From an uncultured virus (IMG/VR IMGVR_UViG_2541047494_000006) (Duplodnaviria > Heunggongvirae > Uroviricota > Caudoviricetes), in the IMG/VR virus record IMGVR_UViG_2541047494_000006: 64,000 nt of DNA. One strand, given 5' to 3'. Below are positions 41,888 to 51,409 of this stretch, in pieces. Both the position numbers and the translations under genes were made by a program. The notes under the pieces were generated by a model that saw only the letters and a list, made by a program, of their open reading frames with translations, was not told the DNA's origin and searched no databases. The first letter of the stretch is position 1. Every line of letters begins with the position of its first letter.

Positions 41888-43321
41888 TTATTCTTTATCT
41901 GAATATTTTTTTATAAAAGATATTTCTTCTGGTTCACTAAAACTATCATTATTATTACTTATAGGTATTTTTATCGTATTATTTTTATCATCATTTATAC
42001 TAAAATTTTCCTTTTCGCTTTGTTTATTGCTAAGAGTTTTTAATGCAAATATGTAACCCAATTCTTTCTTGTATTCATCTAATGTAATTTCCTTATTATA
42101 AGCTTTTATTTTTATATCTTTAATTTCATCTTCTGCTAATTCAAATTTTTGAGCTACATCATCAACTTTAGATTTAAATAACTCAAATTCTTTTTCTTCT
42201 TTGAATGCCTGTAATGGCTCTAAACTGGCTTTTAAATTAGATATTTCTTTTTGCTTTTCAGTAAATTTCTCTATTATTTCTTTTTTTAATTTTTCTTGTC
42301 TACTAAAAACCTGTACTATTTCTCCTTCTTGTTTTTCCCTCCAAGTTTGTATATATGATTTTTTATTTTCATAATCCAAAATGACAGCATCTTCATTAAC
42401 TATATATGGAATACCATAATAATACCCCCAGTTAATTTCATCTTCAACTATAGCAATATTCTCTTCTGGTATTAAATCATTATAATAAAAAGCTTGTACT
42501 TCAACTTTTTCACCATACCAATTCTCAGTTTCGACTTTGTATTCTTTTAACTTATTTCTTATTTCAGTACTAAGATTACTCACTGCTAAAGCATATCCTT
42601 CAGAATTTTTATTAAGTTTTTGATTCTTATTTGGCAAATTCTTTTCCCCCTCTCCATGTTCTAATGCATAAATTTCTGAGCATATTTTTGATATTTCTTC
42701 TTTATAATTAATTTTTCTTGAAAATTTAGTTAAACAACAATTTGAACCCATAGCTCCCTTTACATCAGAACCAAGACATGTAATTCCATGATATACATAG
42801 TCTTTTATATTATAAAATCCATCTGAATCATCTAATTGATAATCATTTATATCTATTTCCATTGAAATTTCTATTTCATCAGAATCCATAATTATATCGT
42901 AAGCATGATTGCTATATGATTTATATATATATCCTTTACATTTAACATACTTCTGCCCATCAATTTCAACTTTTTCATATTTATTTGTTTCTGGTATAAC
43001 GCCAATTATTCGTTCTTCATAATATTCTTCTAATATAAACCCTTCATCTGTTTGAACTACTTGTGTTAAAACATTATGACCATCAAAGTCATATTTTCCA
43101 TCTTCATTTATTTTTACATATCCTAGAATTGGAACATTTTTTAATGTTGGTTCAGCTTTATCAATAGCTTCTTCATAAAATTTAGTTCCATTTGGATTTG
43201 TACCTTCATGCATAACATAGATATACACTGGCAAAAGATTACTATTTAGTTCTTCCAATTTTTTTTTATCTGAATAATGTTTTAAATTACAAGGTAATTT
43301 TAATATTTTTATTTTTTTCAC
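41888..43321 (-). CDS. Prohead protease with C-terminal scaffold region
   Basis: HEGTNPNGTKF, ISMEI and GITCLG motifs; coiled-coil C-terminus. Confidence 0.7.
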   Translation of the reverse strand: MKKIKILKLPCNLKHYSDKKKLEELNSNLLPVYIYVMHEGTNPNGTKFYEEAIDKAEPTLKNVPILGYVKINEDGKYDFDGHNVLTQVVQTDEGFILEEYYEERIIGVIPETNKYEKVEIDGQKYVKCKGYIYKSYSNHAYDIIMDSDEIEISMEIDINDYQLDDSDGFYNIKDYVYHGITCLGSDVKGAMGSNCCLTKFSRKINYKEEISKICSEIYALEHGEGEKNLPNKNQKLNKNSEGYALAVSNLSTEIRNKLKEYKVETENWYGEKVEVQAFYYNDLIPEENIAIVEDEINWGYYYGIPYIVNEDAVILDYENKKSYIQTWREKQEGEIVQVFSRQEKLKKEIIEKFTEKQKEISNLKASLEPLQAFKEEKEFELFKSKVDDVAQKFELAEDEIKDIKIKAYNKEITLDEYKKELGYIFALKTLSNKQSEKENFSINDDKNNTIKIPISNNNDSFSEPEEISFIKKYSDKE

Positions 43322-43327
43322 CTCCTT

Positions 43328-43519
43328 TTAAAAACGTATTTTGCTAGTAAATATAAATCTTTTCATTTCTTCATTACTGAAATTATTTATTAATTTTGAT
43401 TTATTTTCAAAAACATATAAAGTCTTATTATTCAACTTGTTTTCACATATAAAACGATATCCTTTTTCCATTAATAATTTCTTATCATCTTCAGAAAAAG
43501 CATATATAAACTTACTCAT
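43328..43519 (-). CDS. Small hypothetical protein
   Basis: 63 aa between portal and protease genes. Confidence 0.6.
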   Translation of the reverse strand: MSKFIYAFSEDDKKLLMEKGYRFICENKLNNKTLYVFENKSKLINNFSNEEMKRFIFTSKIRF

Positions 43520-43521
43520 AA

Positions 43522-45000
43522 TTAATCATTCTCCCCATTTCCTTTTGCTTGAGTAGAATTACCATTATCTGTCCCTATATCAGATTTATCTGGTCTACCA
43601 CTGCTTTGAGTATGAGATGTTTGTTGAGGTATTAAAAACTCATCAAATCCCATTAATTTTTCTGCTTGTAAAGTGTTTATAGCTTGAAGTGGAGTAAACC
43701 CAGTACTTGCAATAAACAAGCTTTTACTCCCTCCGTATCCCATATCTTCTCGATACTGTTTGGATAAATTCATTTTATTAAAGTGAGTAGTTCCAATAAA
43801 CTTCATATTAAATAAATTTGCCTTCTTGTCTTTATTTAGTTCAAAGTTAACCCAATTTTCTATCATTTGTTGAATCCTCATAGGAATTAAGCTATCTGCA
43901 ATAATACCATTTAAGATAGATTCATTATTTATCTTGTCAGAGTTAAGTAAGGCTGTATTTATTCCAGCGTTATCAAATATGAACTCTTTTGCTTCTTTTA
44001 CATAATCATTTATTTTAGATTTTCCATCTGAAAGAGTATGTGTTTCCAACTCTAAAGGATTTGTAGTTATTGCTGTTCCTTTTGGTAAATTTGCTTTTGT
44101 TGAATTGTGGTATATGGGAATTAAATTAAGGTCTACTAGTGGTTCATCATTTTTGCCAAATGGTATCTTTTGATGTATTAATTTAATACTTTCTATTACT
44201 GCATTTGTGCTTTTTAAATCTTTCATATCTTCAAGCTCCATTAAATCGTCAAATATAAAGCAAAAAAATGGAACTCCTTTCACTGAATCTAAATCATAAT
44301 TAAATGCTACTGCTTTATCACTTAATTGAAAATATGTATTATCAATTAATTCTTCTCGTGTAAGTAAATTAGATTTATATTTTTTATATATGTTTTTAAT
44401 TTCTTCTGGAAAGGATATTATGTTTTTGTCAGTAAGTTTTTTTATATTTATAGCGTATCTCATTACATTATTTTCTATCATTGTTATCATACAAAATTTT
44501 GCTGGTATCTGTTGTAAAACCATCCCTGAATTATCTTCTATCTTATATAAATAAACCTCTCCTAATTCCAATACTTTTTCGGTTATCCAAGCTGATGTAA
44601 ATTTTATATTATATTTTTCTAATTGACTCGCCGAATTCATATATGCTTTTGTTATTTTTTCTTTTGTTTTTAATCTACTTATGTCTTTTGGGTATAAAAT
44701 ATGGTCAAAAGTATTCATATTAGATATTAAATTTAAAACTCTTCTATATGTACCAGATGTAGCTTTTAATATCATACTTGCATCCTGAAGTATATCTGTA
44801 TTTGAAATTTGATATGGATTGGAGAGAGCTTTTCTTAATTTGTCTCTGCTTATACTTCTTAACTTATACATTTCTGTTGCTAATGTTGTGGATTCTTTTA
44901 CTGAGGCATATTTTCCAATTTGAGCATTTAGCATATTGATTTGATTTTGTGTAGAATTGTTGTCTTTAGACTTGCTTTTATTATTATTTTTTTTGCCCAC
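43522..45000 (-). CDS. Portal protein
   Basis: 492 aa directly after terminase; C-terminal TSHTQS-GRP tail. Confidence 0.75.
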   Translation of the reverse strand: MGKKNNNKSKSKDNNSTQNQINMLNAQIGKYASVKESTTLATEMYKLRSISRDKLRKALSNPYQISNTDILQDASMILKATSGTYRRVLNLISNMNTFDHILYPKDISRLKTKEKITKAYMNSASQLEKYNIKFTSAWITEKVLELGEVYLYKIEDNSGMVLQQIPAKFCMITMIENNVMRYAINIKKLTDKNIISFPEEIKNIYKKYKSNLLTREELIDNTYFQLSDKAVAFNYDLDSVKGVPFFCFIFDDLMELEDMKDLKSTNAVIESIKLIHQKIPFGKNDEPLVDLNLIPIYHNSTKANLPKGTAITTNPLELETHTLSDGKSKINDYVKEAKEFIFDNAGINTALLNSDKINNESILNGIIADSLIPMRIQQMIENWVNFELNKDKKANLFNMKFIGTTHFNKMNLSKQYREDMGYGGSKSLFIASTGFTPLQAINTLQAEKLMGFDEFLIPQQTSHTQSSGRPDKSDIGTDNGNSTQAKGNGEND

Positions 45001-45016
45001 TTATTCACCTCATCTC

Positions 45017-46765
45017 TTACCAATAAATCATAACAGTTTTTTGATTATTTCTATTTTTTCTTTTCTCTTTTTCTTCCAGATAATCTGCTAAGAAATTCGT
45101 ATAAGCCAAACTAGAATATCTATCTTTTCTTGCTCCACTTTTTTCCTTTATTTTAATTTTTCCTCCATCAGCACTATATTCTAAATTTATTAACTCATTC
45201 ACTAAAGCCGTTGTTTGAAGATAAGGGGCAATATATTTTGCTTCTAATTCTGCCTTTTTATCTATTTCATCTGCCTTTATCATTTCTTTTTCTAATATCA
45301 TTTCTTTTGCTTCAATATCACTTATAGGAAGTTCTAAGGTTCTATTTGTAAGGACATCTCTTAAAGACATAGCCATTTTATGATTTTCATCAGCGTAAGC
45401 TTTCATGGAATATACAACAGGAAGTGATTTTTTTGCTAGTGACTTGTCAACAGTATTATCTTCATTAAAACATGTGTAAGCATCATACCATTCATCTCTA
45501 TCTGAATCATAATTTGCTTTCTGTATATAGCTCCATACAGTTGTTCCTATACCTTGTGTATCTAATATCATATAATCTGCCTGAAAATCTGAAAATAATT
45601 GTTTTAATCTTATTGCTTGTTTTTCAGCTTCCATACCATTATAAGCTTCTATATGGACAACACATCTTTTATATGTGCCTTCATTTGGAAGCATCCTCAT
45701 CAAAGTATAAATAGAATTATCATTCTTAACTCCTCTGGCCAAAGCTATATCTGCACCAATAATCCGTATTTCTCCTTTTATCTTATTAAGATGATATTTC
45801 TTATCTCTTTTTTTCTTATTTTCAAGATACTCTATATCACTAGGAGGATAAAACATACTTTCTAATACCCTACATGGATTCACCCAAGATGACTTGAAGA
45901 AAGCATCATCTGATTCATTATAAAACACTCCACAATACTCCATCATGAAAGAAGCATCACTCATACTCTCTTTTTTCATTTCTTTAAGTATTCTTTTTTT
46001 AGTTAATAGTCCATGTTCTAAAGAGCAAGTGAATGGAATACTACATGCAAACATATCTTCACCACTAAGCATACCTTTTACTGTTTCCATAAACTTTTTA
46101 TAACTCCAATGCTGAGAATACCAGCCTGAACTAAGATAAATTTCTTTATTCTCTTCTTGCATATATCTATATTTAGGATTCTGTAAATACCCTGGTTGTC
46201 TTGGGTTTGTTAAAAATGGAACTAAAACATCATTCACAGTTCCTTCATCCACCATTCTATATTCATCAACAATAAGAACATTAGCTCTGTAACCTCTTGC
46301 ATCATCATTAGATACAACAGCTTCTATTCTACTTCCATTCCAAAAATCTATAGATACTTCTTGTGCATTTACTTGGAAACTTTTAATTTCTCTTTTCAGA
46401 GTATCTGATTTTAAATATAAATCACCTAAAATTTTACTTGTAATAAGTAATTTTGCTTGTTTCTTTCTTTTTGCTGCTATTAAAACACAAGTACCTGGTT
46501 TTAATACAGCTATAACACAACAAAACACTCCTAGAAGCCATGATTTTCCCAGTCCACGAGAAGCAATAAATACAAATTGGTCAGACTTCATCATCATATA
46601 AATTAATATCTGTTGAAATAAATGTAGATTAAATCCAAAGTAATCCATACAGAATCTATGTGGATTTGCGAGATAAAAAGCACCCCAATACTCTCCTATA
46701 CTCTCTAGTAGATTTCGGGATGAATCATTAGATGACAGCTCTCTTTTTTCATATTTAGTCCTCAT
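45017..46765 (-). CDS. terL: Terminase large subunit
   Basis: Walker A ASRGLGKS, Walker B LIVDE, nuclease motifs GADIA and KDRYSS. Confidence 0.9.
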   Translation of the reverse strand: MRTKYEKRELSSNDSSRNLLESIGEYWGAFYLANPHRFCMDYFGFNLHLFQQILIYMMMKSDQFVFIASRGLGKSWLLGVFCCVIAVLKPGTCVLIAAKRKKQAKLLITSKILGDLYLKSDTLKREIKSFQVNAQEVSIDFWNGSRIEAVVSNDDARGYRANVLIVDEYRMVDEGTVNDVLVPFLTNPRQPGYLQNPKYRYMQEENKEIYLSSGWYSQHWSYKKFMETVKGMLSGEDMFACSIPFTCSLEHGLLTKKRILKEMKKESMSDASFMMEYCGVFYNESDDAFFKSSWVNPCRVLESMFYPPSDIEYLENKKKRDKKYHLNKIKGEIRIIGADIALARGVKNDNSIYTLMRMLPNEGTYKRCVVHIEAYNGMEAEKQAIRLKQLFSDFQADYMILDTQGIGTTVWSYIQKANYDSDRDEWYDAYTCFNEDNTVDKSLAKKSLPVVYSMKAYADENHKMAMSLRDVLTNRTLELPISDIEAKEMILEKEMIKADEIDKKAELEAKYIAPYLQTTALVNELINLEYSADGGKIKIKEKSGARKDRYSSLAYTNFLADYLEEKEKRKNRNNQKTVMIYW

Positions 46766-47654
46766 TTTTATTACCTTCTAAAATGTCTCTTACATCATCT
46801 TTAAATTTAATATCTTTATCGCCATCATTTATCGAATACTTACCTGTAGCTAAACCTAATGCAACAGCAAGTGGTTTTTTCATATGTTTATTTACATAAG
46901 CTTCAAATCCATCTACATCTTCATATTCCTTTAACCTATCCTTTACAGGTTGATTTTTTTCATATATCATCATTTTCATTCCAAATGTATCATCTTGCGA
47001 ATCTCCAGCTTTCTTTTTCTGACTAGGCTTTATTTCAGCATCTTGCATTTTACTTGATACTAATTTAGATAAATCATTAAAAGCTTTCATATCTCCCTTT
47101 TCTCTTGATTTATCTTTTTCTAATTCAATAATACAAATCTCTTCAAACAATTTTCTTTCAGTTAATGACTCTGGTTCATAATATTCTTTATATTCCTTAT
47201 ATTTTCTTTCTAAGATTTTATACTCATAATCATCAAAACCTCTTCCCCATTTTAATTTAATTTCATCATTTATGACTATATTTTTATCATTATTATTTCC
47301 TGTATATATTTCTTTCAATAAATTATCTAAAGATGTCTTTCCCTTATATTTTGAATTTCTATTAATAATTTTCATATATTCATCTATTAATTCATCTTTA
47401 TTTTTTTTATCTGCAAGTTCTTTAGCTAATTTTTCATCAAAATAAACATCAAAGTTGAAACATATATGTTTTAGTGCCTTTACAAGTTCTCCATTGTAAC
47501 ACCCATTTAATAGTAAAAACCTAGCTCTAAAACATTCTTTGCATACTGGAAGTCTTTTATTTAAAGTAAATATTTCACTATGACTTTTCCAAAAATATCT
47601 ATCTGTATATTTTTCTTCACCACAATTCAAACACTTTGTTTTACTAATTGCCAT
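46755..47654 (-). CDS. Putative terminase small subunit with N-terminal Zn finger
   Basis: CxxC..CxxC; overlaps the terL start. Confidence 0.55.
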   Translation of the reverse strand: MAISKTKCLNCGEEKYTDRYFWKSHSEIFTLNKRLPVCKECFRARFLLLNGCYNGELVKALKHICFNFDVYFDEKLAKELADKKNKDELIDEYMKIINRNSKYKGKTSLDNLLKEIYTGNNNDKNIVINDEIKLKWGRGFDDYEYKILERKYKEYKEYYEPESLTERKLFEEICIIELEKDKSREKGDMKAFNDLSKLVSSKMQDAEIKPSQKKKAGDSQDDTFGMKMMIYEKNQPVKDRLKEYEDVDGFEAYVNKHMKKPLAVALGLATGKYSINDGDKDIKFKDDVRDILEGNKNED

Positions 47655-47784
47655 TCATAACATCACCACCATTAAAAAAGACCACTAGAGAATTAAATCT
47701 CTAGTGGTTAATAGGGAGATTCAACTCAATTAAGAGCTGAATTAAATTTACAATATAAACTTAACTCAGCTCTTAATAAATAAC

Positions 47785-49008
47785 TTATAGCTTACTTAAA
47801 TTTATATTGTAAGTACATATTCTCCCACTTTCATTAAATATCATTAATTTTTGCATTGCGTGTGAACTTAATCTTAGATTCTTAGCATAAGAATCCGTTC
47901 CGGAGAAACTTCCATTTACACATATTTCACTTTCTCCATAATTATCTTCCTTACAATTGTGTAGATGAGCCATAAAGATATAATCAGGAATTAATTTTAT
48001 AAGAGAGGTCAGTTTAGGAATTGCTGTAGACATTTTATCTTTGTCTCCATGCACTCCAAAACAAGTATTTCCACATATTTTAGCCACTATTATGTCATTA
48101 TCATATATATTTTCTTGAAATATAACATTGTTTATATTTTTAATTCTTAGCTTTATATATTCATCTATTAATAATGTAAAATTATCTTTATCTAAATTTT
48201 CATCTTTTTTAGGAAGAACTCTATCATGGTTTCCACCTACTGAATAAATAATAATTTTATCAATTTCTTTAGATAACTCATATATAAATTCACTAAGTAT
48301 TTCAGACACCTCTATAATTTGTTCAACTATATTTTCTCTATTTTCTAATCTTATAGAATTATGTATGTATCCAGAAATTAAATCTCCAAGTAACATTACA
48401 TGCAGTCTCTTAACTTTATGTAACTTACTATATTCAATAATTTTATCTTTTAAATATTGTATTCTTATCTTGAATATTTTTGAATTATATCTATTAAATG
48501 CATTAATAGTCTCTAATCCATAATGTATGTCTGAAATTAGCATAATAGCCTCTTGATTTGAAGATTCATAGCATTTGTAACTAGAATCACTTAGAAATGG
48601 CTTATGAAGTGATATATCATCTATTTTATTATTAAATAAATCAATTATATTATCTATTCTTGAATATTCTCTTATTTTCTTATTTACTAATGACCTTTCA
48701 TCAGATAGTTGTACTTTTATCTTTTTTAATTCTAATATTTTCTCATTTATTTTATCAATCTCTTCTTGAGTAGAATTATTCTGTATCTTAGAATTAAGAT
48801 AATCAAAAGCCTCTTTCAACCCATAGGAAACCTTCCTACAATGGTCTGGAGAACATTCTAACCCCAATAGTTCAACTATCTCTCCCCAATCCAAATCTAT
48901 CTCTTTATTAACCTTTGCTAGTCGTATTCTAATCCTATAGTCAACTAGTGACTCATCTTCTTTTTTCTTCAATATGTCTTCCATATTTAATATCTCCCTA
49001 TTTATCAC
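47785..49008 (-). CDS. Calcineurin-like metallophosphoesterase
   Basis: SDIHYG, LGDLI, GNHDR, VHGD and AHLH motifs. Confidence 0.85.
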   Translation of the reverse strand: MINREILNMEDILKKKEDESLVDYRIRIRLAKVNKEIDLDWGEIVELLGLECSPDHCRKVSYGLKEAFDYLNSKIQNNSTQEEIDKINEKILELKKIKVQLSDERSLVNKKIREYSRIDNIIDLFNNKIDDISLHKPFLSDSSYKCYESSNQEAIMLISDIHYGLETINAFNRYNSKIFKIRIQYLKDKIIEYSKLHKVKRLHVMLLGDLISGYIHNSIRLENRENIVEQIIEVSEILSEFIYELSKEIDKIIIYSVGGNHDRVLPKKDENLDKDNFTLLIDEYIKLRIKNINNVIFQENIYDNDIIVAKICGNTCFGVHGDKDKMSTAIPKLTSLIKLIPDYIFMAHLHNCKEDNYGESEICVNGSFSGTDSYAKNLRLSSHAMQKLMIFNESGRICTYNINLSKL

Positions 49009-49060
49009 ATAAATATCATTATCAATGTATTAAGTAAAAAATAAATAGTCCAATATTGAT

Positions 49061-49249
49061 TTATTGGACTATTGTTTCACTTAATCTTATCGTTATGTTT
49101 AAATCTGTATCACCAGTATACTTATCCAAAACATCACTAAGTAATACTTCATGGTCTCCATCTTTCAAATGTTCTATAATTTTATATGTATTATTTTCTT
49201 GTTTTATTATTTCACATTTTTCTAATACTGTTCCTTTATTATTTTTCAT
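49061..49249 (-). CDS. YonK-like small protein
   Basis: 62 aa resembling SPbeta YonK; same synteny with the phosphoesterase and terminase genes. Confidence 0.5.
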   Translation of the reverse strand: MKNNKGTVLEKCEIIKQENNTYKIIEHLKDGDHEVLLSDVLDKYTGDTDLNITIRLSETIVQ

Positions 49250-49298
49250 GCACTTTCACCTTTTTTATAATTTTATTAACTCTACTGGGAATATATTT

Positions 49299-49596
49299 AT
49301 TTGCAAATTAGGCAGCCTTGTAGCTAACAATAGCTAATATAAGTTAACGCATTTAGCATTTATCAAGGATTTTCTATAACTTTTTTATTTTATTTTTACT
49401 ATTTTAATAATTTAATCTTTTATCCTTGAGATTTTATATTTGAATTTTTAACTTTAAGCTTTATATCTATTGTTCTCTTTTATACAGTACAATCGTTTCG
49501 TTTGTATGTACCCATCACTTTTATATAAGCAGTTTGATTTTTAACCCAAAACCAAATGGGAACTTATAATTTATGTTATTCGCCTAACCTGCAAAT
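49299..49596 (-). ncRNA. Putative ~300-nt structured RNA with heptad-periodic A-rich core
   Basis: 15-bp terminal stem ATTTGCAGGTTAGGC / GCCTAATTTGCAAAT; eight in-phase 7-nt AA(A/G)NNNN units at 49462..49407. Confidence 0.65.
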
Positions 49597-49618
49597 TAAA
49601 AAATAGTCCAATTAAGGA

Positions 49619-50236
49619 CTATCTTAAATCTACATCTATAATTGTAAGTGCATTTGATGTACTCAATGCAAAATCAACTTCTTTTTCAAATTCTTCTATT
49701 TCATCCCTTAATTTTTCTATTTTCTCTCTTACTTTTAAAGGGTCTACTAAAGACCATTCTTGTTGTTTTTTATAAAATGAAATAAGTTCTGCTCCATCTT
49801 TACTTTTTTCTTTTTCCTCAAACATTCTGTCTGTATTTTTTTGCACTTCTTCATTTCTACGATTTACTTCAGACATCATACAATCATAGTTACTAACCAT
49901 TTGTCTCAACAAGGATTTATCTAATTCTATACTATTTTTTCTTTTTATTGCTTCTAAAACTGTATAATTTTTATTACTAATTTGAACATTTGTTATAGCA
50001 TTAGAGATATTAATTGCTTTATCTAATGCGTTATAATTATATATTAAATCTTCTATTTGTTGGTATTTACTTGAAACTTCTACATTAAAATCTTCTACAC
50101 TTGTTTTTGTTTCATATACATTTTTATCAGAGCCTTTTTTAGTACCTACAATTTTAAAATTACTAATGCATCTATCTATCTTATCTTCTAATAACTTCTT
50201 TTCTGCTAAAGCTTTATGAACATTATATTTAACCAT
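49619..50236 (-). CDS. Helical coiled-coil protein (DIP1984-like family, tentative)
   Basis: ALAEKKLLEDKI N-terminus and EVDFALSTSNALT C-terminus. Confidence 0.6.
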   Translation of the reverse strand: MVKYNVHKALAEKKLLEDKIDRCISNFKIVGTKKGSDKNVYETKTSVEDFNVEVSSKYQQIEDLIYNYNALDKAINISNAITNVQISNKNYTVLEAIKRKNSIELDKSLLRQMVSNYDCMMSEVNRRNEEVQKNTDRMFEEKEKSKDGAELISFYKKQQEWSLVDPLKVREKIEKLRDEIEEFEKEVDFALSTSNALTIIDVDLR

Positions 50237-50291
50237 AAAAACATCTCCCTTTTAATTAAGATATTATTTAAAAATAACAAACTTTTTTTAT

Positions 50292-50382
50292 TGGAAGAGA
50301 GGAAGGGATTTGAACCCTCGTATCAAATTAATTGACCTAATAGTTTAGCAAACTATCCTCTTTACCACTTGAGTACCTCTCC
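50292..50382 (-). tRNA. tRNA-Ser(GCT)
   Basis: Acceptor GGAGAGG/CCTCTCT, anticodon arm ATAGT-TTGCTAA-ACTAT, long variable arm, T-loop TTCAAAT, encoded CCA. Confidence 0.9.
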
Positions 50383-50397
50383 ATATTTCTATAAATT

Positions 50398-50995
50398 ACA
50401 AACAGCAAGTCGAGTATCCCTACCCTCGACCATGGTCAAGTGCTGTATTTTAAAACTCCGACAGCTCGGATAGCGTGGCTGTTTTTTCACACTAAAGAAT
50501 CTTTTTTAATTGTCCACTATTTGGTAGAACATCACCACTTTTTTATAAATAAATCTACATAAAAATTACTTAGTTCAAAAGACTATTTGATTTATTCACA
50601 ATTTCTTCAGTTTTTTATTAGCCAGGTTCTTCTGACAAACACCTCGACTTGTTTTTGGTTTTTTATTAGCCAGGCACACCAACAAACTCCTCTAATTTTA
50701 AAAAGCAGAAGTAGAATCTGTTACCTCAAATTCTACTTCTTTATTCTTACACCTTTAAGGCATACTAGGGCATTCACCGTATCTATTTCAAGTTATATGT
50801 TGCTCGTCAACCTCGTGTATATTTGCCACGCTATATTCATTTTAGCAGCATCATCATCTTATATTTGTAAAATACCTATTACCAGCCACTAGAGCTTCTC
50901 AAAATGAGCTATCTCTGCTAATTGTATTAATTTTTAGCATATTCTAGGTTTGCTACCATATGTCACCATATGAAAGGGCTTTTAACCCATACGCT
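50398..50995 (-). ncRNA. Putative large structured RNA region between the HU gene and tRNA
   Basis: GC-elevated, no credible ORF; 10-bp long-range pair 50470-50479/50825-50834, several hairpins, tandem pseudoknot units. Confidence 0.5.
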
Positions 50996-50997
50996 CT

Positions 50998-51276
50998 CTA
51001 TATAATTGCATCTTTTAAAGATTTAGCTATTTTTAATTTTGGAACTCTTTTTTCCTCAGTTTTCCAAGGTTTTTTAGTTCCATCTTTAAGAGTTATTTCT
51101 CCTTCTTTACCTTTTTGTATTTTAGTTAGGTATTTAACTCCCATCAACGTCAATTCTTCACCATCTTGTAGTACTTCGTTTCTTTTTTTTTCTATCACAT
51201 CAAGTATCTCTCTTACTCTTATCTGTGATACACCTAATTCTTCTGCTACTTCTTTTAAAAAATCTACTTTTTTCAT
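50998..51276 (-). CDS. hup: HU-family DNA-binding protein
   Basis: MKKVDFLKEVAEELG...VPKLKIAKSLKDAI. Confidence 0.85.
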   Translation of the reverse strand: MKKVDFLKEVAEELGVSQIRVREILDVIEKKRNEVLQDGEELTLMGVKYLTKIQKGKEGEITLKDGTKKPWKTEEKRVPKLKIAKSLKDAII

Positions 51277-51409
51277 ATCTTCTTAATCTCCCTTTTCTTA
51301 TATAATTTTCATTTGATAATAGTAAGGAATAATTTTATTATTTTTATTAACCCCTTACATAAGTAATATGTTTTAAGCGACCCTTTTTTAAACCACTTTT
51401 CCCCACCAG

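Noticed and set aside
50398..50995. tmRNA
   Set aside because: Pseudoknots are present, but I could find neither a tRNA-Ala-like end pair nor a tag reading frame
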